Source: Octopus sinensis
Taxonomy: Eukaryota
Reading direction: 5' to 3'
DNA: 31,087 nucleotides
Assembly: GCF_006345805.1 (NCBI RefSeq)
Contig: NW_021832330.1
Location: forward strand, 1 to 31,087
Shown here: piece after piece, positions 1 to 11,926 of the stretch
How positions within the stretch are numbered: position 1 is the first letter of the stretch
How the letters are laid out: each line of letters starts with the position of its first letter
Translations under genes and position numbers: made by a program
The notes under the pieces: model-generated
The model's input: the letters and a program-made list of their open reading frames with translations, nothing else
What the model was told of the DNA's origin: nothing
Databases searched by the model: none

Positions 1-76
1 TTTCGCACAGTTTCCAATGTAGCACGTTCGCTACTTGATCGTGACGCCATAACTTGTAGTGTTTTTGTAATAGCTT
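1..76 (-). mobile_element. R4/Dong-type (restriction-like endonuclease) non-LTR retrotransposon fragment, running off the window edge
   Basis: Minus strand translates KLLQKHYKLWRHDQVANVLHWKLCE, the RH(D/N)-containing segment that follows the CCHC finger in RLE-type non-LTR elements. Confidence 0.75.
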
Positions 77-798
77 TTTCCGTTGATTGGATCACCTGAA
101 ACCCTCATCGTTGTTGTAACCGACAGAGTGCCAGATAATGTTATCGAATATGATATTGCGATATGCGACCGCTGTAACTTTAGAAAAACAAGCGCTAGAT
201 TATCATATACATACAAGCAACAAAGAGCCAAATAACAAAAAATGGTTCCATACATGTATTCCTGTCAAATAAATAGAAAATTTACAGAGTAATATACATG
301 GCTAGCCTAGTTTCAATATCTGTTATTATCGTAGCAAACAGTTAGATGTAGATTGCATTGTTCATTGTTATACTGTGTATTTCTATAGACATACATACAA
401 ATATGCCAAACGTAAGCTATGATTTCGTTTCGCCTCTCCTCTTACTATTTATCCTCTTTCTCAATCTTATTCTTCACTCTCTCATTCTTTTCTCTGTCTG
501 TATCTCTGTAACTAAATCTCTCTTTGTCCTCTTTTTTTTTTCACTACCTTCTCTTCTCTCTTTCTGCCTCTCCCCACCCCCGCTCTCTTTGTCGGTTATA
601 GTATTCATTTCTTATAGAATATAAGTCGTATTTAATTGGTCTATAATCTCACCATAAAGCCGATTAGCGAATCATATCTGATTTACTACAATCAAGGCTA
701 TTGCAATGCACAAACAAGTGCTCACAAACATACCGATTGTCATACACATCCATACACAAAGACACATACACACACATATACATGTGTATATATAGATG

Positions 799-830
<32 letters not shown>

Positions 831-1251
831 CGTGTGTGTGAACTTCGAGAAATTCCGCAATCTCAACAAATGCAAGTTTAAACATATTCAAATATGCAAA
901 TATATTATGCTAGTAGCAAATGAACATGTATACGAATATACACTAACGCACAAACATCATCAAATATATGCAATATATATAATATATATATATATAATAT
1001 AATATATATATATATATATATATAAATATTATATATATATATAATATATACATATACCTATACATAATACACCCATATTGTATGCATGAATTTATATATA
1101 ATATATATATATATATAATGCAAATATATGCGTATGTACGTGTATATATCTAAATACATATTAATATGTATGTATGTGTGTGTGCGTGTGGATACGTGTG
1201 TGTTTCTGTGTGTGTGTGGGGGGGTGTAGCAACGGTCACTTTCTTACTTCC

Positions 1252-1252
<1 letters not shown>

Positions 1253-1293
<41 letters not shown>

Positions 1294-1311
1294 TATTATT
1301 ATTATTATTAT
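1253..1311. repeat. (TAT)n microsatellite
   Basis: Directly visible. Confidence 0.95.
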
Positions 1312-1333
1312 CAACAACCTCACGATATTGTAT

Positions 1334-1797
1334 AATGTGCGATTGGACTATGATTCTCAGACGGATCGTGTAGTCGAACACCGTCGGCCGGATATTGTCA
1401 TATTGTATAAGATACAAATACTCTCAGATCATTGATTGTAGCCATACCAAATGACATGAATGTTGTGAGTAAAGAGGTTGAAAACAATCACCAAATACTC
1501 CGAATTGAAAGTGGAAATGGCAACACTATGGAATGCAAGAGCGAAATGTAAAAGTGATACCAGTGGTGATCGGAGAGTTGGGCTCAATCCCATTGAAACT
1601 TCAAAACTTCTTCAGACAACTGGAAATCCCATGCAAGATTGATGTCTTGCAAAAAGCAGACTTATTGGGAACAGCGTACATCTTAAGGAAAGTATTATCT
1701 GTCTGAGGTCCTTGTTGTGACTTGACAGTTGACTAAAGACTACGGTTCATTTTTACCTACATTGTGTTACGAAGGAATTATAATATAAAAATAATAA
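1334..1797 (+). mobile_element. 5'-truncated, frameshifted R4/Dong-type LINE 3' end (PD-(D/E)xK endonuclease domain plus 3' UTR)
   Basis: Across frameshifts it reads DYDSQTDRVVEHRRPDIVIL, AIPNDMNVVSKEVE, ITKYSELKVEMATLWN, NVKVIPVVIGELGSIPLKLQNFFRQLEIPCKIDVLQKADLLGTAYILRKVLSV*, with TGA at 1704-1706. A short 3' UTR ending ATAATAA follows. Confidence 0.88.
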
Positions 1798-1800
1798 CCT

Positions 1801-1928
<128 letters not shown>

Positions 1929-2784
1929 TCGGAATAATAATTTATGCCTTAAATATTCAATTGTAGCAGTATTAAATTAAAAATAGGCATTAATGTGTCA
2001 TACTTAAAGTATATAAATTGTTTGAAAGACATGGTTGTGCGATATTCGCATATAATACGATTCGAGTTATATTGTGAGATATAAAATCTCATGCGGACGT
2101 ACTTTGTTTTAAAAAAACACACAATAGATATATATGAAAGGAAGACGAAAAGTCCTCCCAGATGTATTTCAACATTGTTAGAGCTTATCAATGACGTATA
2201 TTCAGTCAAAATTTGTCACCACCTACATGGGAAACAATGATTTCAATGATATTGCAAATACCTACCCAGCTGTATTTAAAATATCCAGTATGCACATTTT
2301 AATTAGTATTAAATTTAAATAGCCATCTTTTGCACTAACTTCCATATGAAGGTTGTACATAAACCAAAATACGGTGAAGGATATGTGTGTGTGTGCGTAT
2401 GTGTATGTCTGTGTATTGGTGTGTGTTTGTGCATGTGTGTATACATACACGTACGCACACATATATGTATGTTTGTGTGTGTGTAGTGTCCGTCTGCGTA
2501 TTACTACTAATAATATCACAAATACTATGATCCAGCACCCATCAGAAAGAAACCAACTTTCAGGACCATGTGAACTTCCAAAACACATGAAAGATTAGTT
2601 AAATTCGGTTTGTTTCAATTTATTTCTCTTACAGCATGACTATATCGTCTTTTCAAACAATTGAAACCGGTTGCATATTTTGATAGAACCATATAAACTT
2701 TCTTCCTCTTGTCCATGATAAATTTTTCAGAACATATACTTTTTGTTGTTAATATAAATCTACTGTTATGAAACCTCATAACGT

Positions 2785-2785
<1 letters not shown>

Positions 2786-2821
<36 letters not shown>

Positions 2822-2948
2822 ATGTATGTATGTATGTATGTATGTATAACCAAAGCATCATTGAGTCCAATGTAATTGACTTCTCTGCTCAATTTGCTGG
2901 TCTAGTACAAAATTAGAAAGAATTACTATTTTTGTTATTGTTGTTTTA

Positions 2949-2982
<34 letters not shown>

Positions 2983-3143
2983 TATTATTATTATTATTAT
3001 TATCATCATCATCATATGTACTTGTGCGCGTAATACATTTAAATATATATATATATGAATGTGTATGTACACAAACGCACACAAGCACACACGTACACAC
3101 GCACACACAATATACATGCATATATTGTATATGTATATATATG

Positions 3144-3198
<55 letters not shown>

Positions 3199-3430
3199 AT
3201 GTATATATTCATGCATACGTAAAATACTCACGTGCATATAAATATACATACGCAGATACATACATGATATGCATGCATACATAGCATATCTTGCTATATG
3301 TGTGCATACATACATATATTCATACATGCATGCATACATACATACATACATACATACATACATACATACATACATACATGCATGTGTACGTATATACACA
3401 TATACATATGCGCAAGCATGCTTATATATG
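2786..3430. repeat. Cluster of (TG)n, (TATG)n, (TTA)n, (TA)n and (TACA)n microsatellites
   Basis: Directly visible; boundaries approximate. Confidence 0.9.
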
Positions 3431-3779
3431 TATACATACAATGTGCACCACACATTCACAATACAAGTGCAAATACATTCAATGCATTCGATAAACCATA
3501 AAGTTGCCGACTGGCTGTGATTATCTACTCCAAAGGATTAGTTGCTTTATAATCCGATAAAATGAATGGATTACCTTTCATCAATAGATCTGTCAAATGG
3601 CGTACAAACAAGACATTACTTGAACAACGAAAACATGGTTGGCCACTGCAGTCCAATCTGTATTATTTCTCTTCTACCTGTTGCTAACCGTCTGCCGTTC
3701 TTTTGTCCTGGCCTATGTGACGGTTTTGGCATCGCTGTTTGTCTATATTTCTATCACCGAAATACTGTTCTCGTATCTC

Positions 3780-3862
3780 TTCCTCCGCTTCCTCCTCCTC
3801 CTCTTTCTCCTCTTCTTCCTTTTCCTCCTCTTCCTTCTCATCTTCCTCCTCCTCTCTCTTCT
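3780..3862. repeat. (TCC/TCT)n polypyrimidine tract
   Basis: Directly visible. Confidence 0.9.
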
Positions 3863-4096
3863 GCATCACGTCTCTCACCTTCTTGGCTTTCGTGCTTTCA
3901 TATCCTTCTTTCAATTAAATGCTTTCCCTCCTTTATGTTGCGTCAAATTATGTTTATTCCGTGTGTCGTTTCTCTTCGTTTTCTTGCTTTATATCTTTCC
4001 TACAAGGCATCTTTAAATATGTACGGAAGCACCTATATATGTACATGCATGATTGATGTACACATACGCACACACACACACACAGACACACACACA

Positions 4097-4141
<45 letters not shown>

Positions 4142-4151
4142 GTATGTATAA

Positions 4152-4559
4152 GCGTAGGCGTGGCTATGTGGTAAGAAGCTTACTTCCCAAACACATGGTT
4201 CCAGTTCAGTCCCACTGTGTGGCATCTTTTACAAGTGTCTTCTACTATAGCCACGGGCCGACCAAAGCCTTGTGAGTAGATTTGGGAGGCGGAAACTGAA
4301 AGAAGCCCGTCACATATATGCATATGTTTGTGTGTGTGTGTGTGTGTGTGTTTGTCTCCCCCACCATCACATGACAACCAATGTTGGTGTGTTTACGTCC
4401 CCGTAACTTAGCGGTTCGGCAACAGACACTGATAAATAAGTACTAGGCTCACAAAGAATAAGTCCTGGGGTCGATTTGTTCGACTAAAGGCGGTCCTGAA
4501 GCATGGCCGCAGTCCAAATGACTGAAACAAATAAAAAAGAAAAAGAAAAGGAAAAAGAG
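4152..4559 (+). mobile_element. tRNA-derived SINE, family A (near full length, CORE-like centre, internal (TG)n)
   Basis: A-box-like TGGCTATGTGG (4161-4171) and B-box-like GTTCAGTCC (4204-4212). CORE-like ACAAGTGTCTTCTACTATAGC and tail AGCATGGCCGCAGTC...AAAAGAG. Aligns along its length with 17560-18005 and the reverse complement of 24876-25095. Confidence 0.9.
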
Positions 4560-4792
4560 TATATATATCCATATCCATATATATATATATATATCATATA
4601 TATAATATATATATATATATTATATATATATATATGGTGATTGTCTACTCCTTATGTAGAGTTGGATCCCTCCTGTACCTACGCCTTAGCACCTTCATGG
4701 CATCTGATGTGGCTTTTTAAACCAGACAATGTTCTGAAAAGACACCTTCACAGATGCACATATATGCATACATACATACAGATATACATATG

Positions 4793-4860
<68 letters not shown>

Positions 4861-4971
4861 TATAATATATATATATATAATATATATATATATCTTTTTA
4901 TCTTTTTATCTTTTTATCTTTTTATCTTTTATATATATATATAATATATATATATATATATAAGGACGAGG

Positions 4972-5252
4972 CTACTCCTTCTTCTGGCTCCTGCCATGAT
5001 GTGGGCTCATGTGAAATTTCAAGTTCTTTTTGAACGTTTCCACACCTACATCTTGCAGATCTCTTGGGTTCCTTGGTAAATGCTTATTGTTTTGATTTCT
5101 TTTCTGTTGGAATTCCCTTTGTTTCTGAAGAAGTGCGTTGTTCGAAACGTTAAACCATCTTTCTTTCCTTCCCTGAGCGTCTGCTAATACTTTACATGCA
5201 TTACGTTCCCGCGTTGTTGTGATTTTTGTGTTTGTTTTTTCTTTTGGGGATT

Positions 5253-5255
<3 letters not shown>
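4972..5255 (+). mobile_element. Penelope-like element terminal-repeat remnant carrying a hammerhead motif, embedded in (TA)n
   Basis: Non-coding ~280-bp island between two (TA)n arrays, containing the CTGAAGAAG...CGAAACGT motif typical of Penelope-like element termini. Family assignment is inference. Confidence 0.6.
5121..5155 (+). ncRNA. Short type I hammerhead ribozyme, Penelope-type variant (extra A after A9, palindromic ACGU stem III)
   Basis: Stem I GTTT(5121-5124)/AAAC(5152-5155); core CTGAAGA 5125-5131; extra A5132; imperfect stem II 5133-5143; GAAA 5144-5147; ACGT palindrome 5147-5150; predicted cleavage after T5151. Confidence 0.65.
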
Positions 5256-5289
<34 letters not shown>

Positions 5290-5652
5290 CATACATACAT
5301 ATATGCACCAGCATCTGAGAATCCGAAGACTGTTTCAGACGCGGGGAAACTGGAGTATTTTTATCGATCTATACTTAAGAGAGTGCGTATGAATGTATGT
5401 GTGTGTGTGTTTGTAGGCATGTATGTATGTATGTATGTATGCGTGTATGGGCATATGTACGTATGTAAATATATATTTATATGTACGTGTGGGTGTGCGT
5501 GTTTGCATGTATATGTGTGTGTGCGTGGGTGGGTGTTTTTGTGAGTGTATACGCGTGTTTAGCTACCTTGTGACATCAATTACTCGTTGTCTCACATGCC
5601 ATTCACTCTCTCTCTCTCTCTCTTCGTGTATATATATATGTATATATATATG

Positions 5653-5700
<48 letters not shown>

Positions 5701-5945
5701 TGTCTGCGAATGTGCATATGTATGCACGTATACATAATACATATATATATATGCATATACATATATATATATGTATACTCATATACATATGCAGACGTAC
5801 ACACACGCACGCACACACACACATACACACATACATATATATATACATATATATGTGCACACTGATATACTGATAGACAAATACGCATACATACTGGCAT
5901 TAATGTATACATGCAAGTGTATGCTGTGTATACATATACCTAAAT
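5255..5945. repeat. (TA)n / (TG)n / (CA)n / (CT)n microsatellite cluster
   Basis: Directly visible, with short unique interruptions. Confidence 0.85.
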
Positions 5946-6280
5946 GTACACACTCTCTCACGTCCCCTATCACTTTATCCCTCCGTCTCTCTCTCTCTTT
6001 CACTACTACCTATCTACCTATGTTTCTATCTATCTCTCTATCATCAAAGAGAATTACGTCACAGTTAGTCAGACTGGCTCTAATCTGCCACTAATACCGT
6101 TTGTAAGCGTCTCTCCGAATAACAACAACAACGTTGGTGGTGGATTAGAGATTTATTATATTAATCTCTTCCCGCTTTAATTCCAGTTTCGAATTAATAT
6201 TCTTTTTCATCCCCCTCCTCCACCTGCTACCCTCATACCCCTCTCTCTCTCTTGTACACACTCCTATCCCACTCTTATAA

Positions 6281-6417
6281 GTCTTCTTCTTCTTGTTCAT
6301 TTTCTTCTTCTTAATCATCTTCTTCTTCATCTTCCACTTCAGCTTCCTCTTCAGCTTCTTCAGTTTCTTCATTTCCTTCTTCATATTTTTCTTTTTTCTT
6401 ATTCGTATTATTATCAA

Positions 6418-6484
<67 letters not shown>
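6281..6484. repeat. (TTC)n-rich tract followed by (TTA)n
   Basis: Directly visible. Confidence 0.95.
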
Positions 6485-6486
<2 letters not shown>

Positions 6487-6796
6487 TCTCTTACATTCTC
6501 CATCCTTATCATCATGTGGTACTAGAGCGGACGCCCACCAGACTTTGTGAAATGTTAAGAGGAGAAGAAATAGTCCCTATTGCTACGGCCCTGAACAACG
6601 GCGATTACTCTTCCTTGGACTCAACCATCACCAGCTCAAACGGGAATTGTATCAGGCAGAAACAGTGCAAGAGGTAGCCTGATGGACTAATGTCTGAGCT
6701 ACAATACCAGAAATTATATCGACAACAGTAACAATTACAAGATTAGCAAAATTATGTACTGTATCAAAAGTAACAGCAGCAACGACAGTAGCAGTT

Positions 6797-6975
6797 GGGG
6801 CACAATGGCCCAATGGTCAGGGCAGCGGACTCGCGGTCGTAAGACCGCGGTTTCGATCCCCAGACCGGGTATTGTGAGTGTTTATTGAGCAAAAACACCT
6901 AAGCTCCACGAGGCTTCGGCGGGAGGTGGTGATCTCCGCCGTACTCGTTCACCACCATTTTCTCTCACTCTAGTC
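6797..6975 (+). mobile_element. tRNA-derived SINE (distinct family)
   Basis: A box TGGCCCAATGG 6806-6816 and B-box-like GTTTCGATCCC 6850-6860, followed by a conserved-domain-like TTGTGAGTGTTTATTGAGCAAAAACACCT. No CCA end or full cloverleaf, so not a tRNA gene. Confidence 0.8.
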
Positions 6976-7734
6976 TAGATTGCGAATCCTCTGTACCTCA
7001 GGATTGTTCAGCTCTCCTCCCGTTAAAAGCCACCGTTTAAGGAATGAGGATAACAACGTAGCTTTCACGCCCGTGCAACCACCCACCAGTCTATCGCGTG
7101 TGGTGGGTAGATCTTCAAGTTGCCACAAGCATTCTTACTAGCTTAGAGTAGGCTCGAATTAGAGATTATTCTTTGTGGCTAATGGAGTGAATCCTGATTG
7201 GAAGATGAAGAAGACAGGAGTAGCAGCAATAACAATAACAAGAAGAGGAGCAACAACACGAATGCTAGCCAAGACGAAAGTAATAACACCAATAGAACAC
7301 AAAGCAATACTACCAAATAAAACAAAACGGCTAGAAGACTCTTCGCTGGAATTGCCTTGACAATGGAGCTATACAGACTCTCCGAAGATGACAAGCAAGC
7401 CAAACTGGGGGATGCCACTATATTTTAAAAAGTTGTGGAGAAAAAAAACAGTTCTTCCGTCGCGCTTCTTCCTGAAACTCTAGCCGCAGCTACTAGAAAA
7501 ACTACTATAGCACTTTTTGTCGTTAAAAACGAGTAATTCGTGGATACGACCACGAATGCACAAGTAGAAGTCCCCTCCCCCACCCTATGATGTATGGCAG
7601 AACATTCAGAATATATGTATGAAAAGGTAGTTGATATATTACCTTTTCATAGGTAATATATGTCGAGGTTTTAATTAAGACTGAGCCTCCAGCAGTAGAA
7701 CATTATGTGGTCGCTTGCCGCAGTGACGACTTCA

Positions 7735-8100
7735 ATCTATTCGTCATTTATTTAGGAAGAAAGACGGCAAAGATATCAATACCGAGGTTCCTACCAGATT
7801 TCTGGTGGATTCTGTCTTGTATAGTGTTAGAGGAGAGAAATACGTCACTCCTTATAAAGGAATATTTTAAAGAGACACTCATTATCGCTATGGGCTCCGT
7901 GTGAGCAATCATCTAAAAGTTTTTGTGACACTTTGATGTTGACATAAGTTCCTTGCTTTTCCTGATGAGAAGCGGCATAATGTACTCCTTATTCCTTCGC
8001 AATAGGAATATGCAGCCTTCGAAACATAATGTCGAAAATAAAGGAAATTTGTTAATTCGTCGTTCAGCTCCATTTCTTCATATATTTATATTTTTAAAAT
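7735..8100 (+). mobile_element. Decayed Penelope-like element 3' end (GIY-YIG C-terminal remnant plus hammerhead-bearing terminal repeat)
   Basis: One frame reads SSFI*E...SYQISGGFCLV, then after shifts EKYV and PCE-HLK. This loosely resembles the (S)xYIWE...CxLCxxEK...C(R/K)H end of Penelope endonucleases. A canonical hammerhead lies immediately downstream. Confidence 0.5.
7941..8053 (+). ncRNA. Type I hammerhead ribozyme with intact canonical core
   Basis: Stem I 7949-7961/8034-8046 (11 of 13 pairs); CTGATGA 7962-7968; stem II opens GAAG(7969-7972)/CTTC(8017-8020); GAAA 8021-8024; stem III ACA(8024-8026)/TGT(8030-8032); GUC triplet 8031-8033. Confidence 0.8.
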
Positions 8101-8245
8101 AAACATACAAATTTCCACACGAAAGCACGTAATCTATGCCCTAGGCACGTACTTCAAGGGTGTTTTTTCTTATGTGAATTTGCTACCCAGGTATCGGTTT
8201 AATTCGAATTATCCTTAATAAGATAATTCATTCAACTACTCAAAT

Positions 8246-8255
8246 AATATATATA

Positions 8256-8299
<44 letters not shown>

Positions 8300-8307
8300 G
8301 TATAGGG

Positions 8308-8375
<68 letters not shown>

Positions 8376-8411
8376 CATATATATATACATATATATATAC
8401 ATATAATATAT

Positions 8412-8451
<40 letters not shown>

Positions 8452-8530
8452 CTATATGTATATTATGTATACATATATGTATATATGTTTATATATATGT
8501 ATGCGTGTGTATGTTTGTGTGTGTGTGTTT
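8246..8530. repeat. (TA)n-rich then (TG)n microsatellite
   Basis: Directly visible. Confidence 0.95.
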
Positions 8531-8770
8531 GTGATGGAACGTGGTCAAGTGGTTTCGATGTTGCATTCCTGATCGCAAGATCCTGTGCTCAGTTCCTGGA
8601 CAGGACGGCATTGGTCTGTTCTTTAGCAGATGACTTCCTTTCGCGTTGCTCAGCAATCACTGTGACATCTGACATGTGGCACACCTGTGCAGCTGCTCAG
8701 GCAACGTTTAATTTCAAGAAGTGTGTGAGCTAATGTACGGTACATGCGTTTAATTATTATGAACACATTA
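8531..8770 (+). mobile_element. Old tRNA-derived SINE (family unassigned)
   Basis: Degenerate A box TGGTCAAGTGG and degenerate B box CTCAGTTCC at tRNA-like spacing, followed by a GC-richer body. Confidence 0.5.
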
Positions 8771-8959
8771 CTTACGTAGGTCGTTCAGCAACAAAAGTAA
8801 GCTTATACATCGTCTTCGACGGAAGACTCAGTGGAGTGTTTATTGGACACCCTGCGGGATGAAAAACAAAACCCGTCAAAGGGCGGAGGAACTCTTGAGA
8901 GTCAATGGCCATCCAATAAATGTGTATTTATTTTTTCTCTCTTAAGGCTTAAGGCTGTA

Positions 8960-9295
8960 TCATACGCGAGGACATAGAAATAATCGGACTGAATATCCGA
9001 TCGCGCGGTTAAACCATTGGGAGTGAAGGACTCCTAGCCTTTGTTAGGGCATCCTTCTAGAAGGTAACTCGGGTAACTGGGATAACTCCGACATGAAGTC
9101 TGCGGCTCAGTGGTTACCGATGATGTTGACTTGTTCTTCTTTTCGGATTAAGGCTGCTGTTGCTTAGTGAGTGGGATTGACTCAGTGCACAGCCTTTCCT
9201 CACTTTAAAAAGAGTCTTCTTGCACACGCATTGCACGATAACAACATTGATTAAGCTTCGCGCAATAGCCATACTCGATAACGAAGGGGCAGCCA
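8960..9295 (+). mobile_element. Interspersed repeat, possibly the 5' region of an RTE-type LINE
   Basis: GC-richer island ending at a microsatellite. GCCTTTGTTAGGGCATCCTTCTAGAAGGTAACTC resembles RTE 5' UTR motifs from memory; no protein motif seen. Confidence 0.35.
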
Positions 9296-9296
9296 C

Positions 9297-9307
9297 TATA
9301 TATATAT

Positions 9308-9341
<34 letters not shown>

Positions 9342-9556
9342 GATAGATAGATAGATAGATAGATGATAGATAGATAGATAGATAGATAGAGATAGATAGA
9401 TAGATAGATAGATAGAGATAGATAGATAGATAGATAGATAGATATAGATATATAGGAGGGAGTTCAGGAAAAATACACATACAAAAATATATAAGCAAAT
9501 ATATATATTTATTTATTTATAAACGTACACGCACACATGCATATGTGAATATATAA

Positions 9557-9601
<45 letters not shown>

Positions 9602-10087
9602 CATACTTACATGCATACTTATACACACACAGACGCACACACATACTCTCTCTCTCTCACACACACACACACTCACACACACGCACACACACACACACAC
9701 ATACACACACACACACAAACACGCTTGGCTATTCAAAGGGGATAAAAGGATAGCACATGCATTTTTTTAATTCCTTATTTTTATTCATTTTCTATATAAT
9801 TATTTTTGTCGCTTCAACAAAAGCAAAGCGCGTGAAACCCAAAATGGCATCAGGGTGATCATCAACTCAGAAATACGTGTATGTGTGTTGGGGGTAGTTG
9901 GTGAGGTCTGAGTGTGGTGTTCGCGCGTGTACGTTAGAATATAATTTATGTTATTTATATTGATTTCAATCGCGCACACACACACACTCACACACACAGG
10001 CACACTCATATACACTCCGTCACACATAAATATGTTCACGTACGTGTGTGTATGTATAAATATATATATATATACATGTGTATATAT

Positions 10088-10123
<36 letters not shown>

Positions 10124-10214
10124 GTTTACAAATATGTATATATACGTACATACATGCATATATATACATATAAATATAGGCACATACTCACACATATTTA
10201 TATGTATGGATATA

Positions 10215-10262
<48 letters not shown>

Positions 10263-10608
10263 TATATATATATACATATGTATATATATATATGTATATA
10301 TACATATAAGTATAGTTACACACACACATATTCATATATGTATATATATGTATATATATATATACATATATGCATATATATAAAAATATATGTATTATAT
10401 ATATGTAGTTATATATATATATATATTATATATATATAATATATATTGAATAAAAATATATAGGTGTACTGATTACTTTGTCGATTGAATTACCTATGTT
10501 ATGTGTATGAGTATATATATACATAAATAAATAAATATATATATGTATATAATATATATATTATATACATATATATATATATGGATGTAGCACATATGTA
10601 TATATATA

Positions 10609-10654
<46 letters not shown>

Positions 10655-10920
10655 GTATGTATATGTATGTGTGCAATTATACATACGTATGTGCTATGTT
10701 TATGAAAGGTAAGCAAACAGAATTGCTTTAATGATAAAAATAATTACAGTTGTGTGTGTGTATATTTATATATATGTGTGTTGGAATTTACATAAACACA
10801 CATATATATACATACACATACATATATACGTACATTCATGTATGTATCCATATATACTCATATATATATATATGTATCTAGCTAAATATATACATATTTG
10901 TATGTGTATGTATGTGTATG
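9297..10920. repeat. Extended (TA)n / (GATA)n / (CA)n microsatellite field
   Basis: Directly visible, with a short unique stretch near 9725-9970. Confidence 0.9.
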
Positions 10921-11465
10921 AATGAATGAGTGATTATATACACAATACTTAAAGAGAAAATTCGATCGTTATCGAGGTGGGAGAGAGAGAGAGAAAATAT
11001 ATGTAAAAAAATAATAATAAACTCCAAAATAAACTATCATTGAATTAGGTACGCCATAAATTCTTTGTTTCCTGTTATTCAAATATACATTTTCTGTTTA
11101 ATGGCCGTTTCCTTTAGACACAAACAGATTTGCTATTGTTGCGGATAATACCAATATATAAATCAACGGATAAAATTGATAAATTGATAGACAAATAAAT
11201 TTATCGAAGTATCGATCTGTGGTTTCTATCACTTTGTTTAAATTCATAAATAGAGCTTATCGATAACTTTTTTGTTTTGTTTTTGAGGACTTTTCTCATG
11301 TTTTTATTTTTTATTATTATTTTATGATTATTTTGTATTTTTATTTGTTCATTATTTTTTTTAATTTTATTTGTAGCGAACTGTTTGCTTAATATAAATA
11401 GAATTAGCTGTCAGTTATGATTATAGGATAAATAGCATTATCAATATTTATTTCGAATCAGAATG

Positions 11466-11560
11466 TGGTGGCTTGGAAGAATCGTTAAAGCGGTGTGAAA
11501 ATGTCTTGGTTATGTTATATTTCGTTCTGAGTTCAAATCCCGTCGAGGGTAACTTTCTTC
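11466..11560 (+). mobile_element. SINE family B, 5' fragment
   Basis: GAATCGTTA...CGTTCTGAGTTCAAATCCCG aligns to 13872-13970. Confidence 0.75.
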
Positions 11561-11890
11561 TTGTTATTTCCGCAGTGAATAAAATAATATTATCCAAATT
11601 CCAGAACCGATATAATCGAATGTTTCCTCCAGCACCCAGCATTCATAGAACGATAACCTTATATATATATATATATAGTAAGGGATTACTTCAAACGTTT
11701 ACCGGTTTGCTCTCAGTTAGATATTTAAAATAGGTTATTCAACAGTTAATATATAAATTCAATAATATTCTCATAAGATAAGAATTTAAAGATATATTCC
11801 GTTGGATAATTCTGAATATATTACCTTAACCATTTAGGTTTCCTGAAATATATAATATCAACAATAACAATAAGGATTATTACATATATA

Positions 11891-11926
<36 letters not shown>

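Noticed and set aside
894-1125. Two ATGCAAAT octamers (894-901, 1118-1125)
   Set aside because: Embedded in TA/CA microsatellite where such words arise by chance.
2635-2669. Strong acceptor TTTCTCTTACAG followed by ATG (MTISSFQTIET)
   Set aside because: Only a weak donor (GTTGCA) is available and all frames close quickly otherwise.
3566-4174. 202-aa ORF with a proline-rich centre
   Set aside because: The Pro/Leu/Ser run is the (TCC/TCT)n tract and the end is (CA)n; no recognisable domain or convincing splice sites.
6797-6870. Possible tRNA gene
   Set aside because: A and B boxes are present but there is no acceptor-stem closure or poly-T terminator, and it continues into a SINE body.
11576-11677. 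Acceptor-led open frame VNKIILSKFQNRYNRMFPPAPSIHR
   Set aside because: The acceptor abuts a SINE fragment and the frame runs through a (TA)n array before any donor.
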